Assembly: GCA_018061865.1 (NCBI GenBank)
Contig: JAGOTH010000001.1
Span: forward strand, 4,249-68,248
Length of the DNA: 64,000 bases
Source: Minisyncoccota bacterium
GTDB lineage: Bacteria; Patescibacteriota; Minisyncoccia; Phycocordibacterales; UBA9973
Direction: 5' to 3'
This document shows positions 46,853 through 57,045 of this stretch, piece after piece. Under the pieces are notes generated by a model that worked only from the letters and a program-made list of their open reading frames with translations, had not been told where the DNA came from and did not search any database. The stretch's first letter is position 1; each line of letters starts with the position of its first letter. The position numbers were made by a program, and so were the translations under genes.

Positions 46853-47197
46853 ATGTCACGAGTAAAAAGAGGAACAATCAAAAATAAGAAGAGAAAGAAT
46901 GTCCTGGCGATGGCTAAGGGATACCGTTTTGGTAGAAGCAAGAAAGAAGCTGCCGCAAAAGACGCTATCAAGCACGCAGGAACACATGCTTTCGCTCACC
47001 GAAAAGACAAAAAGAACGAAAACAGAAAAGTTTGGACAATAAAGATAAACGCTCTAGCTCGAGAAGAAGGAATCTCATACAGCAAACTAATCGACGCTCT
47101 AAAAAAGAAAGAAGTAATACTAGACAGAAAGATTCTTGCAGACCTTGCAGAAAACCACCCAGAAGTATTCAAAAAAGTCCTAGCTACTGTAAAATAA
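46853..47197 (+). CDS. rplT: 50S ribosomal protein L20
   Basis: MSRVKRGTIKNKKRKNVLAMAKGYRFG... Confidence 0.9.
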   Translation: MSRVKRGTIKNKKRKNVLAMAKGYRFGRSKKEAAAKDAIKHAGTHAFAHRKDKKNENRKVWTIKINALAREEGISYSKLIDALKKKEVILDRKILADLAENHPEVFKKVLATVK

Positions 47198-47207
47198 ATT
47201 ATAAAAT

Positions 47208-47240
47208 AAAACCCCTGAATGAATCAGGGGTTTTATTTTT
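47208..47240. terminator. bidirectional terminator
   Basis: AAAACCCCTGAATGAATCAGGGGTTTTATTTTT. Confidence 0.65.
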
Positions 47241-47928
47241 AGTGTCTTTCTACTGGTGGAGCCGTTGAGAAGCGGGCCAATGAAGCCTCCTCTTCTGATC
47301 CTGCGTCCTTATACTTTGTCTCCTCAACAATTTTTATTATTTTTGAAACAAGTTTGGCTGGATCACTGTCGAATATAATTTTTGCATTCTCTCTGTGACC
47401 CTTTTCAAATATGTGTCTTAATTCTTCGTCCATCTCCCAAGATCCTTCAAGTACACCAATCGGAATCCCCCTCTCGAAAGCAATAGTGAATTCGTGAACT
47501 GTTCCTATTCTTCCGCATCCAATGAATATAGCGTCGCAACTCTGAACAAAAAGTAAATCTCGTCCTGGAAAACCGAAACCTGTATAAATTATAAAATCCA
47601 TATAATCGAGAGGTAGTCGGAAAACATCCACATGTTCCCTCTCTCCTGATGCCGGAGAGATACCAATAGACACACCCTTTTCTTCTTTTGCACCAATCGC
47701 AGACCAGAACGGAAAACCCGTAGTCGCTCCAGTTACCAAAATTCCCCCCTGACGAACGATCTCTCTTCCCAAATCTTTTGCCTTATCGAGGGCGTCAACT
47801 CCGCAGTGTCCTGTTTCGGCAGCACCTGAGACTCCTAATTTTAATTTTAAGTGACTATGTTTGCTTCCGTCCCCTATTGGTCCGTTATAGCAGAGGTATT
47901 CTGTTTTCTTTTCTTTATTATCCATCAC
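47239..47928 (-). CDS. LOG/TIGR00725-family Rossmann-fold nucleotide-binding protein
   Basis: GVSGAAETGHCG...ILVTGATTGFPFWSAIGAKEEKGVSIGISPA pattern. Confidence 0.5.
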   Translation of the reverse strand: MMDNKEKKTEYLCYNGPIGDGSKHSHLKLKLGVSGAAETGHCGVDALDKAKDLGREIVRQGGILVTGATTGFPFWSAIGAKEEKGVSIGISPASGEREHVDVFRLPLDYMDFIIYTGFGFPGRDLLFVQSCDAIFIGCGRIGTVHEFTIAFERGIPIGVLEGSWEMDEELRHIFEKGHRENAKIIFDSDPAKLVSKIIKIVEETKYKDAGSEEEASLARFSTAPPVERH

Positions 47929-47941
47929 GTATTTATTTATC

Positions 47942-49309
47942 TTACCATTTAATACTTACCACCTCGTCATCTTTTGGCACAACGGCGTCTATTCCTAAAT
48001 AATCTCTAATTCTCTGAGCCAAAAACATTGAGCTCTTCGGCTCTCCTAAAACAACAAAAACTTTTTTAACCTTATCACTAACATCTTCAACGAACTCAAG
48101 CAAGTGATCCGCATCTTTGTGTCCAGAATATCCAGAGATTTTTCTTATTCTAGCTTGAACAGCAACATCTTCGCCAGAAATACGAACCACCTTAGCACCC
48201 TCTTCAATTGTTCTTCCAAGTGTTCCCATAGATTGATAACCAGTAAGAAGGAGTGTGTTCTTCGAGTTTGGGAGATAATTTATCTCGTGGTGGATTATTC
48301 TTCCACCGTTTGACATTCCACTTCCCGCAATAATTATCTTTGGATTAGGAGCTTTAATAATTGCCTTTGACTCTTCTGTTTCCTTTGTCACGGTAAGTCC
48401 TGGGAAATTATAAATATCATCTCCGTCTGAAATTAATTTCTTTGCCCCCTCATTCAAGTAGTTTGTAAAATTCTTATATACATGAGTTAGCTTTATTGCT
48501 AGAGGAGAATCTAGGAATATCGGCATAGAAGGAATTCTCTGGTTTTCTACTAGATCATTTATCTCAAAAAGTAACTCTTGAGTTCTCTCTAATGAAAAAG
48601 TTGGGATCACCAAGGCCCCACCTGCTTTATAGTTGTCCTCTATAACCTCTTCTAGAAGCTTTTTTCTCTGGTCTCTTGATTCATGATTTCTATCTCCATA
48701 AACGCTCTCCATTATCAAATAATCCACGTTCTCAAGCTTGTCTGTATCAGGCAAGATCGGTGAAGGAGAGTTTCCGAGGTCTCCAGTAAAAACAAACACT
48801 TTGCCTCCATAGGATATTTCTATCATTGTAGAACCCAATATATGCCCTGCATCCAAGAATCTAACAGTCGCTGGTCCTATCTTCCAAGGCTTCTTATATT
48901 CGTGCGCTTCCCAGAGTGGAAAGACTTCAGCTAATACCTCGGCATTATAAATCTTTGCCAGATCCTCTTCTTTATTTCTTCCAAGTATTGCCACAGTGTC
49001 TTCAAGCATCGGATGAGCCAGCTCCATTGTTGGCGGAGTCGAAACTATCTTCCCACGAAAACCGTCTTTTACCAGTTTTGGAATTCTACCGATGTGATCA
49101 ATGTGAGCGTGAGTAATAATCAAATGCCCAACAGTTGAAACATCATATGGAAACGGCTCCCAGTTTAACTCATCAGCTAATTTTGTTTTTTGTAATAGTC
49201 CGCAGTCAACCAAAATCTTTTCTTCACCAAATTCTATTAGAAAGTTCGCTCCGGTGACAGAACCTGCCCCACCGGCAAATGTAATTTTAAATTCGTGTTC
49301 TTTTCCCAT
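47942..49309 (-). CDS. beta-CASP family metallo-beta-lactamase-fold ribonuclease
   Basis: MBL motif HAHIDHIG, beta-CASP motifs incl. YSGHKDADHLLEF; 455 aa. Confidence 0.7.
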   Translation of the reverse strand: MGKEHEFKITFAGGAGSVTGANFLIEFGEEKILVDCGLLQKTKLADELNWEPFPYDVSTVGHLIITHAHIDHIGRIPKLVKDGFRGKIVSTPPTMELAHPMLEDTVAILGRNKEEDLAKIYNAEVLAEVFPLWEAHEYKKPWKIGPATVRFLDAGHILGSTMIEISYGGKVFVFTGDLGNSPSPILPDTDKLENVDYLIMESVYGDRNHESRDQRKKLLEEVIEDNYKAGGALVIPTFSLERTQELLFEINDLVENQRIPSMPIFLDSPLAIKLTHVYKNFTNYLNEGAKKLISDGDDIYNFPGLTVTKETEESKAIIKAPNPKIIIAGSGMSNGGRIIHHEINYLPNSKNTLLLTGYQSMGTLGRTIEEGAKVVRISGEDVAVQARIRKISGYSGHKDADHLLEFVEDVSDKVKKVFVVLGEPKSSMFLAQRIRDYLGIDAVVPKDDEVVSIKW

Positions 49310-49330
49310 TACTTTATATTTTATATGAGA

Positions 49331-49753
49331 TTACGATATTTTGGAAATCTTTTTCTCTTCTTTTTGATCAATGAAATAAAAGTAGTATGCGAGAATTGAC
49401 CCAGACATATCAAAGATCAGGTCTTCAATCGAGTCCCTCATTGAAACCAGGTCTGCACCGGTGTTGTTTTCAACAAATAATTCAAACAATTCCCAAGCAA
49501 CTCCAACCAAAAATACTCCAATAAATAAAATTACACTAAATTTCTTGCTTGAAAAAGATATTTTTGCCTTAAAAAGTAGAGCGATAATGAGTAAAGCTGA
49601 AACATATCCCCCGTAGAAGTGCATAGGTCTATCAAACCACCAAAAAATGTCATAAAGCTTTAGTTTTATAGCCAAAAAACTAATAACAAAAAGGCTCCAC
49701 AAGTGTAAAACCGCCCTTCTGGCAGACCTTTTGTATAGGCTAATGTTTTCCAT
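49331..49753 (-). CDS. VanZ-like membrane protein (tentative)
   Basis: 4 hydrophobic helices; WELFELFVENNTGADLVSMRDSIEDLIFDMSGS resembles VanZ core. Confidence 0.3.
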   Translation of the reverse strand: MENISLYKRSARRAVLHLWSLFVISFLAIKLKLYDIFWWFDRPMHFYGGYVSALLIIALLFKAKISFSSKKFSVILFIGVFLVGVAWELFELFVENNTGADLVSMRDSIEDLIFDMSGSILAYYFYFIDQKEEKKISKIS

Positions 49754-50114
49754 TTATATATTGTATCAGAATTAAAAAATAAAAATCCCTTTTTTACAAA
49801 AGGGATGCTTATTACGACTATTTGAGCATAGTGCACCTAAGACGGTACGCTACGTGGGTACACGAACTTAATTGTTAAACATTTAAGTTACGGCTGTTCC
49901 CATAAAAATAGTGTTCAAAGGCACTAAATCAAATAGCCGTACAGATATTTTATATCAAAATAAAATAGTAAACAACTAGACGAAGTTAATTTTTTGTTTT
50001 GGATTTGCTAAAGAAGAAAAAACCCAAGGCAGGCCTTGGGTTTTTATCTATTTACAAATTACATTTCGCAAGTTCTCTTGTATTCCATGATTGGAGAGTC
50101 TCCAAACCAGTGTT

Positions 50115-50591
50115 TTATTCTTTATGCTCAGAATATATGTAATCTGTGTCTATTTTTTTATAATCAAAAAGCTCTTCTTCCTTAAAAAATCTTTTTATTT
50201 CTGCTTCAGCGGCCTCAAGACCGTCTGATGCGTGGACAATGTTAGATTGAGTGCTCATAGAAAAATCACCTCTTATGCTTCCAGCGTCCGCTTCATACCC
50301 TTTTGTTGGGCCAACTAGCAGTCTTATGGTTGAAACGATGTTTATACCTGACAAAGCCATAACAACAACGGGTGTAGATTTCATGAAATCACGAATCCTA
50401 GGGAAAAAAGGTTTATCTTTTATGTGAGAATAATGTTCCTCAATGACAACGTCTTCAAGTTTCATCATTTTAATACCGACAATTTTCATTCCTTTCCTTT
50501 CAAACCTACTCATTATCTCGCCAACTAAATTTCTTTGGATTGTATCTGGTTTGAAAATAATAAGAGATCTTTCCTCTGCTGGTCTTTCCAT
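50115..50591 (-). CDS. ndk: nucleoside diphosphate kinase
   Basis: ERSLIIFKPD...NIVHASD (active-site His). Confidence 0.85.
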   Translation of the reverse strand: MERPAEERSLIIFKPDTIQRNLVGEIMSRFERKGMKIVGIKMMKLEDVVIEEHYSHIKDKPFFPRIRDFMKSTPVVVMALSGINIVSTIRLLVGPTKGYEADAGSIRGDFSMSTQSNIVHASDGLEAAEAEIKRFFKEEELFDYKKIDTDYIYSEHKE

Positions 50592-50647
50592 TTTAAAACA
50601 AAAATTACTTTTAACTAACAGAATATAGCAGAAAAATGGCTGGAATA

Positions 50648-53410
50648 CTACTCCATTTTATTGGCCTTTTTAAAGCGGTCAAAAATCTCTTGTTCAACCT
50701 CTGCACGCTCTCTTCCGTATTTCAAATAAGACAATTCCTTTAGTTTTTCTACTTGCTCTTTGTTTCCATCTGGAAAACCAGGGAAAATAATATTAAAAGG
50801 TCTAACTGTCGGCGCTCCGTTTACAATCATAGAAACATAAGAGTTGAAGTTATCTAATCTTGTTATGTCTTGTGCGCTAAATGTTGGTAAAAATTTTGAT
50901 TCCAAAAACTTTGAGTCTTCGGGGCTTACTCTGTGTATTGCCATTGATCCAATGTTTCCGAAAACAGCATTTTTTATTTCTTCTGTCAGTTGTCCAATAA
51001 ACTGGTGTGCCACGTTTAACGAAAGTCTGTATTTTCTAGCCTCAGACAAAATAGAAGCAATTGCGGGAGTTGTAACATTCTGGAACTCATCAATGTATAA
51101 ATAAAAGTCTGGCAATTTCTGTCCATAAGAGTCCGCTCGAGAAAGAGCTGCCATCTGTAGTTTTCCAACAATAATCATTCCAATAAAAGAAGATCCTATT
51201 TCTCCCAAAAGTCCTTTTGACAAGTTAACAAGGAGAATTTTTTTCTTGTCCATTATTTCTCGAAAATTAAGAACAGAAGTTTCTTGAAGAACAATCGGTC
51301 GGAGAAATTCGTTGGAAATAAATCTATCGAACTTTGAAGTAATGTATGGGACAAAGTTCTCAAGTCCAGCCTCCCCTTTCGTTGCCTCAGCCGAAGCCCA
51401 GAATTGCTTTACTCTTGGGTCTTTGCAGTGAGATAGTTTCAAGTCTCTGAATGATTTGTCAGCCAGAACTCTAGTTATTTCAAGAAGAGTGTTTCCACTT
51501 TCTGGATGACTCATAACTAAGTCCGCACTATATGTAAAATACTGTTCAAATTGCGGACCTCCTGTAGCCTTCATGTCGAAGAGCTGGTTGAAGATACCAA
51601 ATAGCGCATCAATAACAATTGATTTCTGTTCTGGGTGATTTACATCATACTCAAGCATGTTGAGCCCCATTGGTCTTGGTGTGTAGGACGGATCAAAATA
51701 AATAACATCTTCGTATCTCTCTGGTGGAACATATGACAAAATATCTTGAATATCATTTCCGTGTGGATCAATAAAACAAACTCCATCTCCATTTTCCATG
51801 TCCTGTTTTATCATTGTCTTCAAGAGACTTGTTTTTCCAGTTCCTGTCTGACCAATAACATAGAAGTGTCTCATTCTGTCTTCACGTCCGAAATGAACCG
51901 GTGTTCTTTTGCCTTGATGATCGTTATAGCCGAGAAGAATTCCACCTTCACTCATATCAACCGGAGCAGGAGCTGTCCCTGCTTTTGACTGACGGAGCTG
52001 TCCTGGATCAGAAATGCTTGATGGGAAATGGAACACAGTAGATAACTCTCGCAAGTTCATCGGAAGTAATTCCCCATCTCTTATATTTCTAAAAGAATAA
52101 TCTCTCAAAAATTCTGGTAATGCTCTATCTTTGACTGGAACAAATTCGAAACTATTACTTGTTGGATTGTCGAACTGATTAAATGAACTCTCAAGTTCGT
52201 GAACAATATCATCGGCTCTCTCTTTTGTCTTGGCAGAAGCGATAACTCTAATCTCTGCAGATAAAATAGAACTCTTTGTTTTTTCGGTGATATTAGCAAT
52301 AGCTATCTCGTGCTCAGTTTTTACCTTCTTTTCTTTTTTCTCTTCTGAAGAAAAAGTTTTTACAGTATCTTCTAGGAATTTTATAGCCCCACTCTTGCCA
52401 GCTTCTCGATAAGCACTGTCCACACTCATTCCTTCTTTTATATAGTTGAGGGACTTCATCATTCTCTTTACCGCTTGTTGTCCTTCGGGACGAACAACCA
52501 TCTGAATAGCCGCTCCTTCCGTGTCTCGATCAAGCTTAGAAAAAGATTTCATTATCAAGTTTATTGGATCATATTCAAAAGTGTCGTATGTCTTTATTGG
52601 AAATGATTCATGTTTCTTGAATTTTATATAAGCCCCAGAAGACGCCCCTCCGACAGAGAATATGTTGTAGTCATCAGTCACTTCTTTTATTTTTGCACTT
52701 GGCTCAACGGACAAAACTTGTTTTTCGAGAAGAGTAAATTTATCCCTTGGAACAGAAGCATATACAACAACTTCATCACTACCGGCAGACAGAGCCACCT
52801 CAATGGTGAAGTGTCTTTTGCCTTTGTTGTCGGAACCGTCCCCGACTGATTGCATTCCAGCATAAAACTGCTCCATCGAAGCGATAAGTGCTTTAAAATT
52901 TTTCTGATCTTCTTCTAGGCTTTCTGGAATAGTGATTTCCGCCAGAATCATTCCAAGAGATTGTTCTAGGGCGCTTCCCTCCTTGAGTCCTGCAACTCCT
53001 CCGTTTGAAAATAAATATTGAACAAGGAAACGATGAAAGTCATCCTCTAGATGAGGGTCTTTTAATTTTTCTACAACTGAGAGAGCATTCTTGATTCCTT
53101 TGTCTAACAAAACACCAAGCAACTCCTCCATTTTTGCATCATGAGATTCTGGACGAAGACGAAGAACCATTCCTTCCACTTTTTGTGCAGGAACAGCCAT
53201 TTCCTTTGAAATAACATTTTCTGTTTTTTCAGATTGGTATTCCTTTAAAACATCCCGAGCTGTCTCTGTTTCGAGTTTAGTTTGATCCAGATTTTTTTCA
53301 GCTTCGTGACGCCTTGCAATCCTCTCACGAATATTCAAAAGCTCCTGCTCTTTGTTGTTTGATAATTGATCCATTGATTTGATTATAACAAACAGCCCTT
53401 TGACAAGCAC
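50648..53410 (-). CDS. VirD4/TraG(T4CP)-HerA-like P-loop ATPase with unique ~480-aa N-terminal region
   Basis: Walker A GQTGTGKTS followed by FIDPHGN; Walker B/helicase-like YLYIDEFQNV...RKYRLSLNVAHQFIGQL; 920 aa. Confidence 0.5.
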   Translation of the reverse strand: MLVKGLFVIIKSMDQLSNNKEQELLNIRERIARRHEAEKNLDQTKLETETARDVLKEYQSEKTENVISKEMAVPAQKVEGMVLRLRPESHDAKMEELLGVLLDKGIKNALSVVEKLKDPHLEDDFHRFLVQYLFSNGGVAGLKEGSALEQSLGMILAEITIPESLEEDQKNFKALIASMEQFYAGMQSVGDGSDNKGKRHFTIEVALSAGSDEVVVYASVPRDKFTLLEKQVLSVEPSAKIKEVTDDYNIFSVGGASSGAYIKFKKHESFPIKTYDTFEYDPINLIMKSFSKLDRDTEGAAIQMVVRPEGQQAVKRMMKSLNYIKEGMSVDSAYREAGKSGAIKFLEDTVKTFSSEEKKEKKVKTEHEIAIANITEKTKSSILSAEIRVIASAKTKERADDIVHELESSFNQFDNPTSNSFEFVPVKDRALPEFLRDYSFRNIRDGELLPMNLRELSTVFHFPSSISDPGQLRQSKAGTAPAPVDMSEGGILLGYNDHQGKRTPVHFGREDRMRHFYVIGQTGTGKTSLLKTMIKQDMENGDGVCFIDPHGNDIQDILSYVPPERYEDVIYFDPSYTPRPMGLNMLEYDVNHPEQKSIVIDALFGIFNQLFDMKATGGPQFEQYFTYSADLVMSHPESGNTLLEITRVLADKSFRDLKLSHCKDPRVKQFWASAEATKGEAGLENFVPYITSKFDRFISNEFLRPIVLQETSVLNFREIMDKKKILLVNLSKGLLGEIGSSFIGMIIVGKLQMAALSRADSYGQKLPDFYLYIDEFQNVTTPAIASILSEARKYRLSLNVAHQFIGQLTEEIKNAVFGNIGSMAIHRVSPEDSKFLESKFLPTFSAQDITRLDNFNSYVSMIVNGAPTVRPFNIIFPGFPDGNKEQVEKLKELSYLKYGRERAEVEQEIFDRFKKANKME

Positions 53411-53434
53411 GCGTTTTAATATAAACTTTGGGTA

Positions 53435-53833
53435 ATGAAAGAGGAATTAGAAAAAATATCTGGTGGGATCCCAGAAATATCTATACCAAAACCAGAGGTA
53501 AAAAAAGAAAACCTCTCTATTGAGAATGAAATAACCAGACTAGAAGCAATGCATGTCTTGGGTCAGATAAATCTCGGAGACGAGCAGAGCTCTTTTTCAA
53601 AAATATACATTGACCTACTCGAAGAGTATGAAAAGAAGTATGGTGAATTACCAAAAGAGCCTTTTGTTAGAGATGAAAAAAGTGCAAAAGAAATACTTTC
53701 TCCATCACGCCCAAGTGAAAAAATAATTTCCTCAGAAGCAAACACCCCCTCCCCAGCAGTTGAGGGAAAAAGTACAAAAACTGGCCCCAAAGTATCTCCC
53801 CTTTCTCTATTTGAAGAGCCTCTTAATATTTAG
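53435..53833 (+). CDS. acidic hypothetical protein
   Basis: 132 aa, E/K/S/P-rich, divergent from the ATPase gene. Confidence 0.3.
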   Translation: MKEELEKISGGIPEISIPKPEVKKENLSIENEITRLEAMHVLGQINLGDEQSSFSKIYIDLLEEYEKKYGELPKEPFVRDEKSAKEILSPSRPSEKIISSEANTPSPAVEGKSTKTGPKVSPLSLFEEPLNI

Positions 53834-54587
53834 TTAAAACTTCAAATCCTTTTTCTGTGATTAGGACTGTATGTTCAAAGTGAGCCGAGAGTTCTCCATC
53901 TTTTGAAACTATTGTGTAACCGTCTTTTAGTGTAGAAATTTTACCGTTTCCTGTAGTCAGCATTGGCTCAATAGCAATAACCATTCCTGGAACTAGTTTT
54001 GGGCCATCATTTTCAGACCCCCAGTTTGGAACAAAAGGCTCTTCGTGAACCGCTCTTCCCACCCCGTGTCCTGACAAGTCTTGAACCAAGGAGAAGCCTC
54101 CCTTTTTGGCTGTTTTCGAAACCGCTTGCCCTATAACTCCAACCCTTTTACCGGGCACTATAGCCTTTATACCGTCATCTAAGCTCTTCTTTGTGGTGCT
54201 TAGCAGGTTAGATAGCTCCTTTGGAATTTTACCCACCCCAAGGGTTACAGCCATATCTGTAAAATAGCCTTTGTAGTTTAGGCCAAGATCAATAGTTACA
54301 ATGTCCCCCTCTTTCAAAACTTTATTACTTGGTATTCCATGAACAATCTCTTCGTTAATAGAAACACAGAGAGCTGAAGGATAAGGGTAGTCAGCTCCGT
54401 CTGGAGTGTAGTCCAAAAACGCCGGAACAGCTCCTTCTTTTTTTATTAATTCTTGAGCAAAAATATCTAGCTCCAAAGTTGAAACTCCAGCTTTAACTTT
54501 CTTTTTAACTTCCATCAATATTTTTGAAAGTTTTTTTCCAGACTCACGAATCAATTCCAAATCTTCTTTTTTAGTGAAAACTGCCAT
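53823..54587 (-). CDS. map: methionine aminopeptidase type I
   Basis: Pita-bread metal ligands (D..D..H..E..E pattern), 254 aa. Confidence 0.9.
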   Translation of the reverse strand: MAVFTKKEDLELIRESGKKLSKILMEVKKKVKAGVSTLELDIFAQELIKKEGAVPAFLDYTPDGADYPYPSALCVSINEEIVHGIPSNKVLKEGDIVTIDLGLNYKGYFTDMAVTLGVGKIPKELSNLLSTTKKSLDDGIKAIVPGKRVGVIGQAVSKTAKKGGFSLVQDLSGHGVGRAVHEEPFVPNWGSENDGPKLVPGMVIAIEPMLTTGNGKISTLKDGYTIVSKDGELSAHFEHTVLITEKGFEVLTKY

Positions 54588-54588
54588 C

Positions 54589-55188
54589 TTATTTTAAATT
54601 TATTTTTTCCATCAATTCTCTGTGGACTTCTTCTACTGTTTGTTCGCCATTTATTTCAATATAGTCATAAAAATCTTTTCTAACCTTAAAGAAATCAATG
54701 CAAGGCATAACGTCAGAATTAAACCAAGCAAGTCTGCCTTCAACAGATTTTTTGTCGATATCGTCACTTCTACCTCGCCCCATCAGTCTCTCTCTTGCCC
54801 AATCCTCAGAAACGTTTATATGAATTACTTTTGCTCTTTCTCGATTATAAAAACGCATAGCTGTATCAAAAACTATAACCTCAGAAAAACTTCGTGGTGT
54901 TCCATCAATTAGTAGGTGTTCATTCCCCGTCATTGATTCAATAAGAATATGAGACCAAATGTGAACCGCCAAAAAAGCAGGTTGAAGTTCACCTCTTTTT
55001 GCGATCTCTCGAGCCAAGTCTTGGGTGTGACCTTTTTGAGACAATAACTCTCTAAATCTAGCCCCACTCTCAAGATGAAAAATCTTCCTTTCGGGATCTT
55101 TTTCCTTCAGGAAGGTATCCAAAAGACCAACTTGAGTTCCTTTGCCAGAACCTGATCGGCCAATGAATATATAAGTTTGTGGAGTCAT
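54589..55188 (-). CDS. adk: adenylate kinase
   Basis: P-loop GRSGSGKGTQ; position between map and secY. Confidence 0.8.
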   Translation of the reverse strand: MTPQTYIFIGRSGSGKGTQVGLLDTFLKEKDPERKIFHLESGARFRELLSQKGHTQDLAREIAKRGELQPAFLAVHIWSHILIESMTGNEHLLIDGTPRSFSEVIVFDTAMRFYNRERAKVIHINVSEDWARERLMGRGRSDDIDKKSVEGRLAWFNSDVMPCIDFFKVRKDFYDYIEINGEQTVEEVHRELMEKINLK

Positions 55189-55280
55189 TTGTGTAAAAAG
55201 TATATCTTATCAACCTTAAAATAAAAAGAGTGCATTTTTTGAGAGGCACTCTTTCTAAAACCTATCACTTAAAACCTGTC

Positions 55281-56552
55281 TTAGTATTCTCTCATCGCGA
55301 TCTGCGCATCAACCTTCTTTAGAAGATCAATAACAACATTCACAACGATAAGTAGAGCTGTTCCTCCAAGCGCAATTGCTTGAATTCCAGTTAATTCTCT
55401 TACAACTAGAGGAAGAACTGCCACAAGACCTAAGAATGAAGCACCAATAAAAGTGATTCGTCCAACGATTTTCCCAACATATTCTTCAGTAGAAAGTCCT
55501 GGTCTGATTCCTGGAATAAAAGCACCAGACTTCTGTAGATTTTCAGACAAAGCCTTTGGATCGAAAGTAACTGCTGTGTAGAAGTAAGTGAACAAGAAAA
55601 CTAGAACGAAATAAACAACTGAATATAGAACTGTTGATTGAGAGAAAGCGATTAGTGCGCTAGAAATAGAAAGTAATGTTGCGTTCCCTGCTCCAGCCAA
55701 GAAGTTTCCGATCAATTGTGGGAATAGAAGTATTGATAGGGCAAAAATTATCGGCATAACTCCAGCTTGGTTTAGTTTAAGTGGAATGAAAGTTGAAACT
55801 CCTCCGTGAGTTTTTCCTCCACGAATAACTTTTGCATAAGTAACAGGAATAGCACGCTCAGCCTCGTTAACTGTAACGATCAAAGCAATCATTAATATTC
55901 CAGCGACAACGAAACCTAAGTACATTGGGATAAGACTTGGATCAAATGTATAAGCTAGTTGTCCGATTGTTCCAGGGAGAGAAGCCACGATTCCTCCGAA
56001 GATTATCATTGAAACTCCGTTTCCAATTCCAAATTCAGAAATCAATTCTCCAAGCCACATTAGGAATATAGATCCAGCCACAACAAGAATAATGTTGTAG
56101 AAAAGATCAAATCCTCCTGTGAAAGAGATAACTCCTTGTCTTTGTAGAAGCATAAGAAGCGCATATCCTTGTAGAGCTGCTAGTGGAACTGTAAGAAGAC
56201 GAGAATATTGAGTAAACTTCTTTCTTCCAACCTCTCCTTCTTCGTGATAGAGAGCTTTGAGTTTTGGAACCATAACAGTCAGAAGTTGCATAACGATAGA
56301 TCCAGTAATGTATGGACTAACTCCAAGCATTATAATAGAAAGACTTGAAAGTCCTCCTCCTGAAAATATATTAAGAAATCCCAAGAATTGATTTCCTTCT
56401 AATAGACTTGCTAGACGAACAGTGTCGATTCCCGGTATTGGGATTGAGGCTACTGCTCGGAAAACTAGAAATGCAAACAACACAAATAAAATCTTGTTTC
56501 GAAGACTTTTATCTCCCAGTATTAGTTTAAATTTGTGAATGAAGTTTTGCAT
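55281..56552 (-). CDS. secY: preprotein translocase subunit SecY
   Basis: 10 TM, 423 aa, follows rplO. Confidence 0.9.
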   Translation of the reverse strand: MQNFIHKFKLILGDKSLRNKILFVLFAFLVFRAVASIPIPGIDTVRLASLLEGNQFLGFLNIFSGGGLSSLSIIMLGVSPYITGSIVMQLLTVMVPKLKALYHEEGEVGRKKFTQYSRLLTVPLAALQGYALLMLLQRQGVISFTGGFDLFYNIILVVAGSIFLMWLGELISEFGIGNGVSMIIFGGIVASLPGTIGQLAYTFDPSLIPMYLGFVVAGILMIALIVTVNEAERAIPVTYAKVIRGGKTHGGVSTFIPLKLNQAGVMPIIFALSILLFPQLIGNFLAGAGNATLLSISSALIAFSQSTVLYSVVYFVLVFLFTYFYTAVTFDPKALSENLQKSGAFIPGIRPGLSTEEYVGKIVGRITFIGASFLGLVAVLPLVVRELTGIQAIALGGTALLIVVNVVIDLLKKVDAQIAMREY

Positions 56553-56578
56553 ATATTTATTTTAGATTTTTAAGAAGT

Positions 56579-57028
56579 TTAAGAAATCGTTCCTCCAGCC
56601 TTTTCAATCTTTACTTTCGCAGCGTCTGAAACTTTTAGTCCTTCAATTTTTAGGGCTTTTGTTAACTCTCCTGTTGCAAGGATTTTAACAGTGTTAGTTA
56701 CTCCTTTTGGAATTCTAACTACTTTTTTAGCAAGAACTGTTTCTAGAGAAACAACTTCTCCCGCTGTGAAGAACTTTTCTAGGTCTCGAACATTTAGGGC
56801 AAGAGCTTTTAACTTGCTTCCATCAACTGATTTAGCTCTATTCTTGTTGTGTCCTCGTAGTTTTGGTAGTTTCTTGATTCGGTCACGCCAAGCTGGTCTG
56901 TATTTTCTTCCGGCACGAGCTGATTGTCCTTTTGTTCCCTTTCCTGAAGTCTTACCGCGTTTTCCACCACGACCAACATACTTTGGTTTTTTGTTTTTTG
57001 TATTTCTTTTTAGTGTGTGTAGTTGCAT
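56579..57028 (-). CDS. rplO: 50S ribosomal protein L15
   Basis: GRGGKRGKTSGKGTKGQ; directly follows rpsE with no rpmD between. Confidence 0.9.
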   Translation of the reverse strand: MQLHTLKRNTKNKKPKYVGRGGKRGKTSGKGTKGQSARAGRKYRPAWRDRIKKLPKLRGHNKNRAKSVDGSKLKALALNVRDLEKFFTAGEVVSLETVLAKKVVRIPKGVTNTVKILATGELTKALKIEGLKVSDAAKVKIEKAGGTIS

Positions 57029-57045
57029 AATACTTTTTTAGATTC

